Positions 9,743 to 16,402 of a stretch of 22,241 bases of DNA are shown here, piece by piece. The notes under the pieces were generated by a model. The model ran no database searches, was not told the origin of the DNA, and saw only the letters and a list, made by a program, of their open reading frames with translations. The stretch is from UHGV virus genome UHGV-1381228; one strand, 5' to 3'. The stretch's first letter is position 1; each line of letters opens with the position of its first letter. Source of the DNA: a virus. The translations under genes and the position numbers were made by a program.

Positions 9743-10444
9743 TTATTTGCCATAGAGCACTTCGGCCGCACTACGCTGGCCTTCATTACCACCGGTGACC
9801 ATGCCATCTTCAGACATCGCCTTTCCGATTTTCACGAACGTTTTGACCAGATCAGGGTGATTACCCAGCCCGGTGGTGTTCAGATATTCTTTGAGTTCAG
9901 GTGTCCCGAACTGGTCAAGCGCACGCTGTGCGGCGCTAAGGTTAGAAATCAACTTGTCGCCACCGATTTCTTTGTCGGCTTTTACATCCGCAGCCCACTG
10001 CTCGGTTGTTTTCTGCCAGGCTTCTGCCTGGCGCTGCTGAACACCTGCCAGAATCTTCGGATAAGCATCAACCAGCTTTTGCGCTTGCTCGTTGGTCAGG
10101 TTTAGTTCTCGCGCCACCGGCTCGAATTCCTTCAACGCTTCTGTATCCAGCTCTACGCCTTCGGCAGCCTGAAACTCGTACTTTTCAGGCGCACCCTCTG
10201 GTTTATCGCCGTCCTTTTTTTCATCCTGCTTATCGTTTTCAGGCTTTTTGTCATCAGCAGGTTTATCGCCATCAGCAACAGGTTGTGGCTTATCACCTTC
10301 CTGTTGTGATGGATCACCAACTGGAGCAGGGTTATCACCTGCAGGCGCTGACGGTTCTGACGCAGCCGGAGCTGCTCCACCATCGACTGGTTGCTCATTG
10401 CAAAGACGGCGATACAGCAAACGCTCAAATAAATTCATGATCAC
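9743..10444 (-). CDS. scaffolding protein (233 aa)
   Basis: Highly acidic, Pro/Asp/Glu/Lys-rich low-complexity N-terminal half and helical C-terminal half; located between portal and capsid. Confidence 0.6.
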   Translation of the reverse strand: MIMNLFERLLYRRLCNEQPVDGGAAPAASEPSAPAGDNPAPVGDPSQQEGDKPQPVADGDKPADDKKPENDKQDEKKDGDKPEGAPEKYEFQAAEGVELDTEALKEFEPVARELNLTNEQAQKLVDAYPKILAGVQQRQAEAWQKTTEQWAADVKADKEIGGDKLISNLSAAQRALDQFGTPELKEYLNTTGLGNHPDLVKTFVKIGKAMSEDGMVTGGNEGQRSAAEVLYGK

Positions 10445-10737
10445 TCCTGTTCACTGGCCTCTTTGGCCATCTTCAAATACTGTTCAGGGCAATGCGCCAT
10501 AACGCGCTGAAACAGTTCCAGCGCCAGATTGCGTTGCCCCTCATTAAATGCCATTGCCATAGCATCCATCGGAGAGATAGCGGAAAACACCCGGCCTTTC
10601 TCCAGCACCGACCAGACAACGCGACGCCCCTGTTCACTGCTCATGACAAAGCGAATGTCATCAATTTCACGCTGTGCCATGTCACGTTGCTTACGGGCGT
10701 TTTCTTCTTTCAGTTGATCGTCTTCGAAATCTGTCAT
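10441..10737 (-). CDS. hypothetical head-assembly operon protein (98 aa)
   Basis: ORF overlapping portal stop and scaffold start (translational coupling). Confidence 0.45.
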   Translation of the reverse strand: MTDFEDDQLKEENARKQRDMAQREIDDIRFVMSSEQGRRVVWSVLEKGRVFSAISPMDAMAMAFNEGQRNLALELFQRVMAHCPEQYLKMAKEASEQE

Positions 10738-12413
10738 TGTGATTGCCCACCCTGACCACTAACTGCATTCGCCATAGCTGACAAAACACTCGGATCCGAA
10801 GTTTTAGCTTCGCTTAGCGTCTTGGCACCCTGTGCCGCCGCCATCCCCATCGCCATCATTTGTTGCTGCTGTTGTTGCTGTGCCCGTTGCTGGCGAGCCT
10901 GCTCAACCTGTTCCTGCGGAACAATGACGGTTGGAGACACTCCGGACATATCAGCGAATGCATCGATCGCCTGATCAACGTTGAGTTTGTCGAGAGCTTC
11001 TGGTTTCGCTTGCGCAAGTTGACCAATGAAGTTAACCGTGGACGCCAGACTGGACAGGCCGATAGACTTCTGCGCCTGAGCCATGACGGAAATGTATTCG
11101 ACCTTCAGGGGCATGCCTTCCATCGCGTCAGGCGGTGTCGGCAGCATGTTTTTACGCACCATCATCGAGAAAGCGCGGTCAATGAGAGGATTAAGACATT
11201 CGTCGTTCAGACGCTCCAGAACCGGCCCCAACATCAGAAGTTTTTCTTCTTTCATTTCGATCACCGCTTCAACAGGCATCGAGCGGGTATTGATGTTCTG
11301 CAACATCATGAACAGATCGACAAAGTAGGCGCTGTTAATGATTTGACGGGTGTCCTGAATGTCTGCCACCAAATCTGCTGTACTGGGGTTAACCAGATAA
11401 GCAGGCCTGAAACCATCCTGACCAGTAATCTGATCGATATACGTGATGTCGCCAGGAAGAAGGGAGGCACGCTGATTCTTGAGGGAAGTCGGAGCAACCA
11501 TCGGCGGATTGGTGGCTTTATCAATCAACTGCGACTTGCGCTTCTGGAGAAGCTGCAATGCCTTAACAGGTCCAAGCGCCAGCATACCCGGGCATGATGA
11601 TCCATAAACATCTTCGCCGTTAACTTCCCAGCGCGGAGCCATAATTGGAAACTCATCGAATCCGGACTCACGCAACAACTTGTCGTTATCGCCACCAACC
11701 TCGTAATAAACCGATTTGAATGGCTTGTTCTTGCTATCCAGCTTCGATGTATCGCGGTCAATGTTCGGGTAAACCGAATGCATCACTTCAATCCACTTCT
11801 CGTAGGTGCCGCTTTCCCACATGCTTTTTACGGATTCGCTGACGTTATTTAGCCCGAACTCCTGAACAAGCTGACGAACAGTCATAGAGAACTTGCGAAA
11901 ACAGGTGTCCACACTGCCACGAGGTGAGTTAGCCAGGTAGTAACTGCCTATCGGGAATGGCATTGTGCGAATGATGTCCTCGTCATCCTCCAGCACCGCC
12001 ATTGCACCAGTGCTGTATGTGCCGAGGCTTCCGTATAACTGCGGAAGAGACTGGTAGAGATTCGACTTATTGAACATATCGTTCATGCGGTTCTGAACTG
12101 CCTCAAGCCACAACTTAACAGGGCCATAGTCCATCATTTCAGGATCTGGCGTAGCCAGGCGAAACCACGGACGGGCGGGGCTTGTTATGCCTGACATCAT
12201 GCCGCTGGCAAGAGTGCGCGCCGCCATAGTCCCGGTCGAATCAATAATGCGTGTATTGCGTCGATCGTTACGGTTAACCTCAGAAGTCAGAAAGCGGGAA
12301 CCACGCGGGTTGATGTAATCACTCAACTCGCGCCAGTGCGGCTCGAACGACTGACGCTCGCTTTCAAGTTGTGCGAACTGTTTGTTCAATCGCTCTTTAG
12401 TTGTTTCCGCCAT
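10734..12413 (-). CDS. portal protein (559 aa)
   Basis: 559-aa ORF after terminase; Gln/Met/Ala-rich C-terminal tail (QQRAQQQQQQQMMAMGMAAAQGA) like T7-type portal C-termini; Shine-Dalgarno GGAG 8 nt upstream of ATG. Confidence 0.8.
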   Translation of the reverse strand: MAETTKERLNKQFAQLESERQSFEPHWRELSDYINPRGSRFLTSEVNRNDRRNTRIIDSTGTMAARTLASGMMSGITSPARPWFRLATPDPEMMDYGPVKLWLEAVQNRMNDMFNKSNLYQSLPQLYGSLGTYSTGAMAVLEDDEDIIRTMPFPIGSYYLANSPRGSVDTCFRKFSMTVRQLVQEFGLNNVSESVKSMWESGTYEKWIEVMHSVYPNIDRDTSKLDSKNKPFKSVYYEVGGDNDKLLRESGFDEFPIMAPRWEVNGEDVYGSSCPGMLALGPVKALQLLQKRKSQLIDKATNPPMVAPTSLKNQRASLLPGDITYIDQITGQDGFRPAYLVNPSTADLVADIQDTRQIINSAYFVDLFMMLQNINTRSMPVEAVIEMKEEKLLMLGPVLERLNDECLNPLIDRAFSMMVRKNMLPTPPDAMEGMPLKVEYISVMAQAQKSIGLSSLASTVNFIGQLAQAKPEALDKLNVDQAIDAFADMSGVSPTVIVPQEQVEQARQQRAQQQQQQQMMAMGMAAAQGAKTLSEAKTSDPSVLSAMANAVSGQGGQSQ

Positions 12414-12427
12414 TTCAATGACTCCGG

Positions 12428-12634
12428 TTACTGACCAAGCAGCGTTTTACCGCTGGTATTAGCGGTTGATGTGTCGCCCTGAGAACCGGTAAGCAGCGTA
12501 GAACTACGACCAGCAGCAGCGCGACGGCGACGAGTTTCTTCGTCGCGGGCATCAACAACGGCGGCATCCTGCTCCTGTGGTGCTGCCTGAACTTCTGGTG
12601 TTGCAGGCACTGATGGTGAGCTACCCATGCACAT
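12428..12634 (-). CDS. small hydrophilic protein upstream of portal (68 aa), uncertain
   Basis: ATG preceded by GGAGTCATTGATATG, a near-copy of the portal ribosome-binding region (GGAGTCATTGAAATG); the product is low-complexity, so coding status is uncertain. Confidence 0.3.
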   Translation of the reverse strand: MCMGSSPSVPATPEVQAAPQEQDAAVVDARDEETRRRRAAAGRSSTLLTGSQGDTSTANTSGKTLLGQ

Positions 12635-12724
12635 ATCAATGACTCCGTACGCAATTAAATTATTACCAATTTAACCACATATGATTTATTTATCGTAGGT
12701 AGTTGACATTTAACGCACAAATTA

Positions 12725-12739
12725 TTACCTTTCAGGTAA
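12725..12739. repeat. palindrome TTACCT-TTC-AGGTAA (copy 3 of a recurring motif), about 20 bp downstream of a consensus TTGACA hexamer
   Basis: Perfect 6-bp arms with a 3-nt spacer; the same half-sites occur twice at 19919-19995; TTGACA at about 12703-12708. Confidence 0.5.
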
Positions 12740-13061
12740 CCAAAGAGTTCATTCCGGTTACTAACCTGACTGGCTTGTCGTTAAATTGAACAGGTGGAGT
12801 GAGCTTTTATTTTGAGCAGTACGGCGTATGGCACATGCGCCGATAGCGGTCTGGATACGTTTAAGGGGCACCCTCCCTTGCTCGGGCAAACGAACCAGGT
12901 AGCCGGAATGTGCAAGTCGAGCGGTTTTATTCCGCGCACGGGGATTCACCATCCCGGCGATTCGGTGTGACGCCTCGGAAGAGACGAGGGTACAACGATG
13001 AGAGCATTTATGGAGCCGCGACAAAGTGTGGCGCCTTAACAGGCTAAGTGCTCTCAGCGTT

Positions 13062-13138
13062 GTGGCATTAGCTCAGTTGGACAGAGCAACCGCCTTCTAA
13101 GCGGTTGGTCGCAGGTTCGAATCCTGCATGCCACGCCA
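13062..13138 (+). tRNA. tRNA-Arg (anticodon TCT, reads AGA), 77 nt including encoded CCA
   Basis: Cloverleaf read by hand: acceptor GTGGCAT/ATGCCAC, D-arm GCTC/GAGC, anticodon stem ACCGC/GCGGT with loop CTTCTAA, T-arm GCAGG-TTCGAAT-CCTGC, discriminator G then CCA. Confidence 0.9.
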
Positions 13139-13181
13139 GAATCACGCCTAAGGACCGTGATGCCAGAAGTTCCAGGTGCTT

Positions 13182-13223
13182 GGCGGTGATGGTTTCCCTT
13201 GAAGGACTATCACCGCCCTTTTT
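13182..13223 (+). terminator. intrinsic terminator-like hairpin downstream of the tRNA
   Basis: GGCGGTGAT ... ATCACCGCC 9-bp inverted repeat followed by CTTTTT. Confidence 0.5.
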
Positions 13224-13301
13224 ACAGCAGGACGCCATTGCGATGACTTCATGCTGTAAACCAGTACAGCCACGGAAGGCATAACTCATTGCTTCCAGTT
13301 C

Positions 13302-13326
13302 GCCCGGTTCGTCCGGGCATTTTTTT
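13302..13326 (+). terminator. strong intrinsic terminator (GCCCGG-TTCGT-CCGGGC then TTTTTT)
   Basis: Perfect 6-bp GC stem, 5-nt loop and T6 run; ends 1 nt before the AAGGTG Shine-Dalgarno of the plus-strand ORF. Confidence 0.6.
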
Positions 13327-13338
13327 AAGGTGAAAATC

Positions 13339-13671
13339 ATGAAAGAGAAGACTGCAGCTGAGCGCTATGCCGCAGCTATCAATGCCGCGATGGCGATTGT
13401 AAACCTGCGTGAAGAGATTAAAGATCTCCTTGCAATTATCCATAACAACCTGACATGTACAGAGTTGCTTGGCGGTCAGTACAACGGTGAGGCGGTGAAG
13501 GAGGCATTTAAAAATGCCGAGGTAGGAATAATTCCAGCAAACTATGTCAAGGCTGAATGTGTGCTCCTAAAGGCACGAGTGAGTCTGCATGAAGATCCTG
13601 GTAATCTCGGTCGAACTGCAATGCGTTACGTGATAGACGAGTCGAATGCCAAACACAATCTACCGAAATAA
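13339..13671 (+). CDS. hypothetical protein of unknown function (110 aa), opposite-strand moron-like gene
   Basis: Protein-like ORF on the plus strand between terL and the tRNA; ATG at 13339 with AAGGTG 6 nt upstream (the track start at 13330 is an upstream GTG); no recognisable domain. Confidence 0.55.
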   Translation: MKEKTAAERYAAAINAAMAIVNLREEIKDLLAIIHNNLTCTELLGGQYNGEAVKEAFKNAEVGIIPANYVKAECVLLKARVSLHEDPGNLGRTAMRYVIDESNAKHNLPK

Positions 13672-13675
13672 CACC

Positions 13676-13687
13676 GTGACATGTCAC
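13676..13687. repeat. 12-bp perfect palindrome GTGACATGTCAC (copy 1, downstream of terL)
   Basis: Identical 14-mer CGTGACATGTCACA also present at 15940-15953; the two copies sit on either side of terS-terL. Confidence 0.6.
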
Positions 13688-13761
13688 AAACAGACAGCCT
13701 ATGAGCTGGCTTTGTTTTATCCTCACCAGAGGATATCAACGACATTATCCCCACCAGCGGA

Positions 13762-15237
13762 TTAAGCATAGGGATCGTAATCTGTGATGGCCTTGCCTTG
13801 CTGGTTCTGCTGACCGGGAATTCGCAGACGCTTCGACACAGGGAACGCAAACGTCAGCAGTAGCGCATCGCCTTTACCAGGAGAACGCCCAAGTCGCTCT
13901 TTGATATCTTCCTTCGGTTCGATAACGATTTTACCGTCCACTCGAACTTTGTACTCTGCTGCCGACAGGTCGTCCGCTGTTTCCTGGTCATCCAGCATGC
14001 CGCCCAGCCTCAGCCATGTCTTGCATGAATTGAACATCTCCCCACGCTTGTTGAGCATCTGCGGGTCAGTAGACGCGCCACCGAACGGAACAAGTTGCCA
14101 TGTACGACCCCATCCGTCACCGATTGACTTCAGACCGGTTCCGTAACCGAAGTCGATGAACACCGCGTCAGCCTGATACTGGTCTTCAAAGTCAGCGATA
14201 CGCTTCGCCATAATCAGATCGTCGGTAGTCTTGTTGCCAGTCCACAGCACCTTACTGTGTAGCCCCTGCCGCAGGTATATCACCGCGTCATCAACGCCTG
14301 AATATGCCGGGTCAACACCGATTATCACCGGAGCATGCGCCACCTGCGCAGCGGTTACCACCCGTTTCATTGCCTCATCAGTAAGACCGGTAGGGATAAA
14401 CTGCAATTCAGATGCATCAGGGAATATGCCGCGCACACGGATTTTAACGAAGTCGCTGTCTTCCCCGTAGTCATCAACCCATTTCTGCAACTGCTGTTTG
14501 TTAGTGCCTTCCACCGTTCGGCTGTCAATCTGCGCAGTTTTCCAGCGGTGTTTATATTTGCGGAAACATTCGCGGAAACGTCCGGTATTACGCGTCGGGT
14601 TTCCGAACGCCACCCAGATAATCTCAGTGTCTTCGTCCGTTAGTGCACCCTCGGCAACTTCCCACACCAGATCCGCAATGTTCGACGCTTCATCGAATAC
14701 CACGATGATGCGTTTGCGCTCGTTGTGTAGTCCGGCGAATGCCTCAGTGTTGTGCTCAGACCAGGGGATTGCGTCAGCTCGCCACCGCTTGTCGTGCCCA
14801 GGATCATTGCTGTACATCGCGGTAGCGGTACAGGTAAACCAGTCTTTCGTGATAGCAAGGTTCGACCACTTGATAATTTCCGGCCAGGTCTTCGTTCGTA
14901 GCTGGTTGTCGGTGTTGGCGGTCACCACGACCTTACAATCCTCGCAAGTGGACATGCCCCAGTTGATCAGCATTGAGATGAATGCGGATTTACCAATACC
15001 GTGACCCGAAGCACGTGCCAGCATAAGCGGCTGATAGCGCGTCTCTGGATTCTGCAGGTGATCACGTATCTCTCGGAACGCATCAGCCTGCCACTGACGT
15101 GGGCCGGTAGCATGTGCCAGTTCAGTCCCCTCTTCCCCCCACGGGAACGCATAGAGGGCATAGCCAAGCGGATCGTGAGTGAACCCTGCAATATCCTCGA
15201 TCAACTGCTCTTCAGGAGATAACGCTGTATCTGTCAC
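13762..15237 (-). CDS. terminase large subunit (491 aa)
   Basis: Walker-A-like GHGIGKS near the N-terminus and a C-terminal nuclease-type motif VIIGVDPAYSGVDDAVI; size and position upstream of portal; start overlaps the terS stop (GTGA). Confidence 0.85.
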   Translation of the reverse strand: MTDTALSPEEQLIEDIAGFTHDPLGYALYAFPWGEEGTELAHATGPRQWQADAFREIRDHLQNPETRYQPLMLARASGHGIGKSAFISMLINWGMSTCEDCKVVVTANTDNQLRTKTWPEIIKWSNLAITKDWFTCTATAMYSNDPGHDKRWRADAIPWSEHNTEAFAGLHNERKRIIVVFDEASNIADLVWEVAEGALTDEDTEIIWVAFGNPTRNTGRFRECFRKYKHRWKTAQIDSRTVEGTNKQQLQKWVDDYGEDSDFVKIRVRGIFPDASELQFIPTGLTDEAMKRVVTAAQVAHAPVIIGVDPAYSGVDDAVIYLRQGLHSKVLWTGNKTTDDLIMAKRIADFEDQYQADAVFIDFGYGTGLKSIGDGWGRTWQLVPFGGASTDPQMLNKRGEMFNSCKTWLRLGGMLDDQETADDLSAAEYKVRVDGKIVIEPKEDIKERLGRSPGKGDALLLTFAFPVSKRLRIPGQQNQQGKAITDYDPYA

Positions 15238-15830
15238 TGATTACCATCCTGACGTTCTTTGAGTCGCTTCCTGGCTGCTGCTATGCGATCAGCAATTGTC
15301 ACATTCACATTAACATCCAGACGTTCTTTGAACGCGTTGACATCAACATGCTTACCAATCAGCTCAAGGTTCTTCACCTTGTCAGGCCATTTAATTTTTT
15401 TGAGGATTGTCTCTATCGAATCCTCGTTCATGTTCATGATGGTCGATGACAGATCAAAGCCACTAAGCGTAGTGCGCCAGATTTTCGGCCACTCACGGAT
15501 TGGTTTAAGGCTCCCATCGTCGTTGAGGATGTCGATCACGTCCATCTGGTCGATCTCCACCAGGCGCATGAGAACGTAATCAGCACTGACGCGCATTCGT
15601 TTGTTGCGCTCCTCCATCAACTCGGCAATCCGTTTTTGAATGCGTTCATCGCGCATCATGACACTGGCTTTAACTGCCGCTGTATTTGGGGAGAATCCTG
15701 CGTTAATCGCTGCCTGAGTCTGGTTTTCAGGCGTTTTGATGTATGACTGGCAATAAGCCTCCTGCATTGCTGTTAGTGGCTTAAATTGCGTTGATTTGCG
15801 TTTATAGGTTTTAGGTTCAGCAGGCATCAT
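15234..15830 (-). CDS. terminase small subunit (about 198 aa from ATG at 15830)
   Basis: Gene immediately upstream of and overlapping terL; the track start at 15908 (TTG) would place a terminator hairpin inside the ORF, so the tandem ATG ATG at 15830 (MMPAEPKTYKRK) is preferred. Confidence 0.6.
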   Translation of the reverse strand: MMPAEPKTYKRKSTQFKPLTAMQEAYCQSYIKTPENQTQAAINAGFSPNTAAVKASVMMRDERIQKRIAELMEERNKRMRVSADYVLMRLVEIDQMDVIDILNDDGSLKPIREWPKIWRTTLSGFDLSSTIMNMNEDSIETILKKIKWPDKVKNLELIGKHVDVNAFKERLDVNVNVTIADRIAAARKRLKERQDGNQ

Positions 15831-15872
15831 AACCACCGTGGTAATAGTTACCGTTGTGGTAATAGTACCATG

Positions 15873-15899
15873 CAAAATAAAGCCGCCATAGTTGGCGGC
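15873..15899 (-). terminator. intrinsic terminator-like hairpin immediately upstream of terS (GCCGCCA-ACTA-TGGCGGC then UUUAUUUUG)
   Basis: Perfect 7-bp GC-rich inverted repeat followed by a T-rich run on the minus strand, between the Cys-rich protein gene and terS. Confidence 0.55.
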
Positions 15900-15940
15900 A
15901 GTATTCAAAACCCATCAAATTCATCATGCATAATCTACTC

Positions 15941-15952
15941 GTGACATGTCAC
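15941..15952. repeat. 12-bp perfect palindrome GTGACATGTCAC (copy 2, upstream of terS)
   Basis: Identical to 13676-13687; overlaps the stop codon of the 115-aa gene. Confidence 0.6.
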
Positions 15953-16296
15953 ACTATTAATTTCGTTTCATGCCAGCCTTTAGTCACCCAGCATTGCGAG
16001 TCACCATTACACGGGCATGAATTAACTGGAACTCTCTCGCCGCACTTACCGCAACATTTTCTGCTGATCGATTTTATACGCCCGCGCACGCGTGCATCAT
16101 CCTGGCGGATCAGTAACGCGATGTACTCGGCCATTTCATAGGGATCGCGACCAGGGCGCCGGGCGGCGCAGTTCCGCGCCAGCATTTCCTGCTCCTGCTT
16201 ATCCAGCACCAGTTCAATTTTGCGCTCACCGGCGGCGGACTGCCGAGCGCGCTGCGCGGCTTTGCGTTCTGCGGGGGATTTAGCCACGAATCGCAC
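15949..16296 (-). CDS. small basic protein with C-terminal Cys-rich zinc-binding-like motif (115 aa); candidate regulator
   Basis: C-terminus KCCGKCGERVPVNSCPCNGDSQC; basic N-terminus; last gene before the terminator and terS. Confidence 0.45.
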   Translation of the reverse strand: MRFVAKSPAERKAAQRARQSAAGERKIELVLDKQEQEMLARNCAARRPGRDPYEMAEYIALLIRQDDARVRGRIKSISRKCCGKCGERVPVNSCPCNGDSQCWVTKGWHETKLIV

Positions 16297-16402
16297 TCCA
16301 CGCCAGATTGATTAATGACTCCCAGGTAATATAAACCCGGATACCAGCAGCCAGGCCGAAACCAATCACCATGGCATAAAGCAGAGCGTTGCACTTGTTC
16401 AT
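16280..16402 (-). CDS. small hydrophobic peptide (40 aa), probable single-pass membrane protein
   Basis: MNKCNALLYAMVIGFGLAAGIRVYITWESLINLAWSAIRG; ATG overlaps the upstream stop (TGATG) with AGGAGG 7 nt upstream; a sub-frame of track ORF 16280..16549. Confidence 0.35.
   Translation of the reverse strand: MNKCNALLYAMVIGFGLAAGIRVYITWESLINLAWSAIRG

Noticed and set aside
12415-12654. Alternative 79-aa minus-strand ORF overlapping the portal start
   Set aside because: It overlaps the better-supported 68-aa frame, has no Shine-Dalgarno, and its product is His/Arg/Leu-rich; treated as spurious.
12761-13024. Minus-strand 87-aa ORF in the GC-rich region upstream of the tRNA
   Set aside because: TTG start without a ribosome-binding site and an Arg/His/Cys-rich translation; looks like a chance frame across a structured non-coding region.
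13068-13443. Minus-strand track ORFs 13068..13340 and 13249..13443 overlapping the tRNA and the plus-strand ORF
   Set aside because: They run antisense through the tRNA gene and two terminator hairpins; the plus-strand ORF with a proper ribosome-binding site explains this region better.
15838-15869. GGTAATAGTTACC near-palindromes upstream of terS as additional copies of the TTACCT-N3-AGGTAA operator
   Set aside because: The half-sites are in the opposite arrangement (GGTAA-N3-TTACC) and one copy is imperfect, so they are not counted as the same motif; mentioned only as possibly related in the terS control-region finding.
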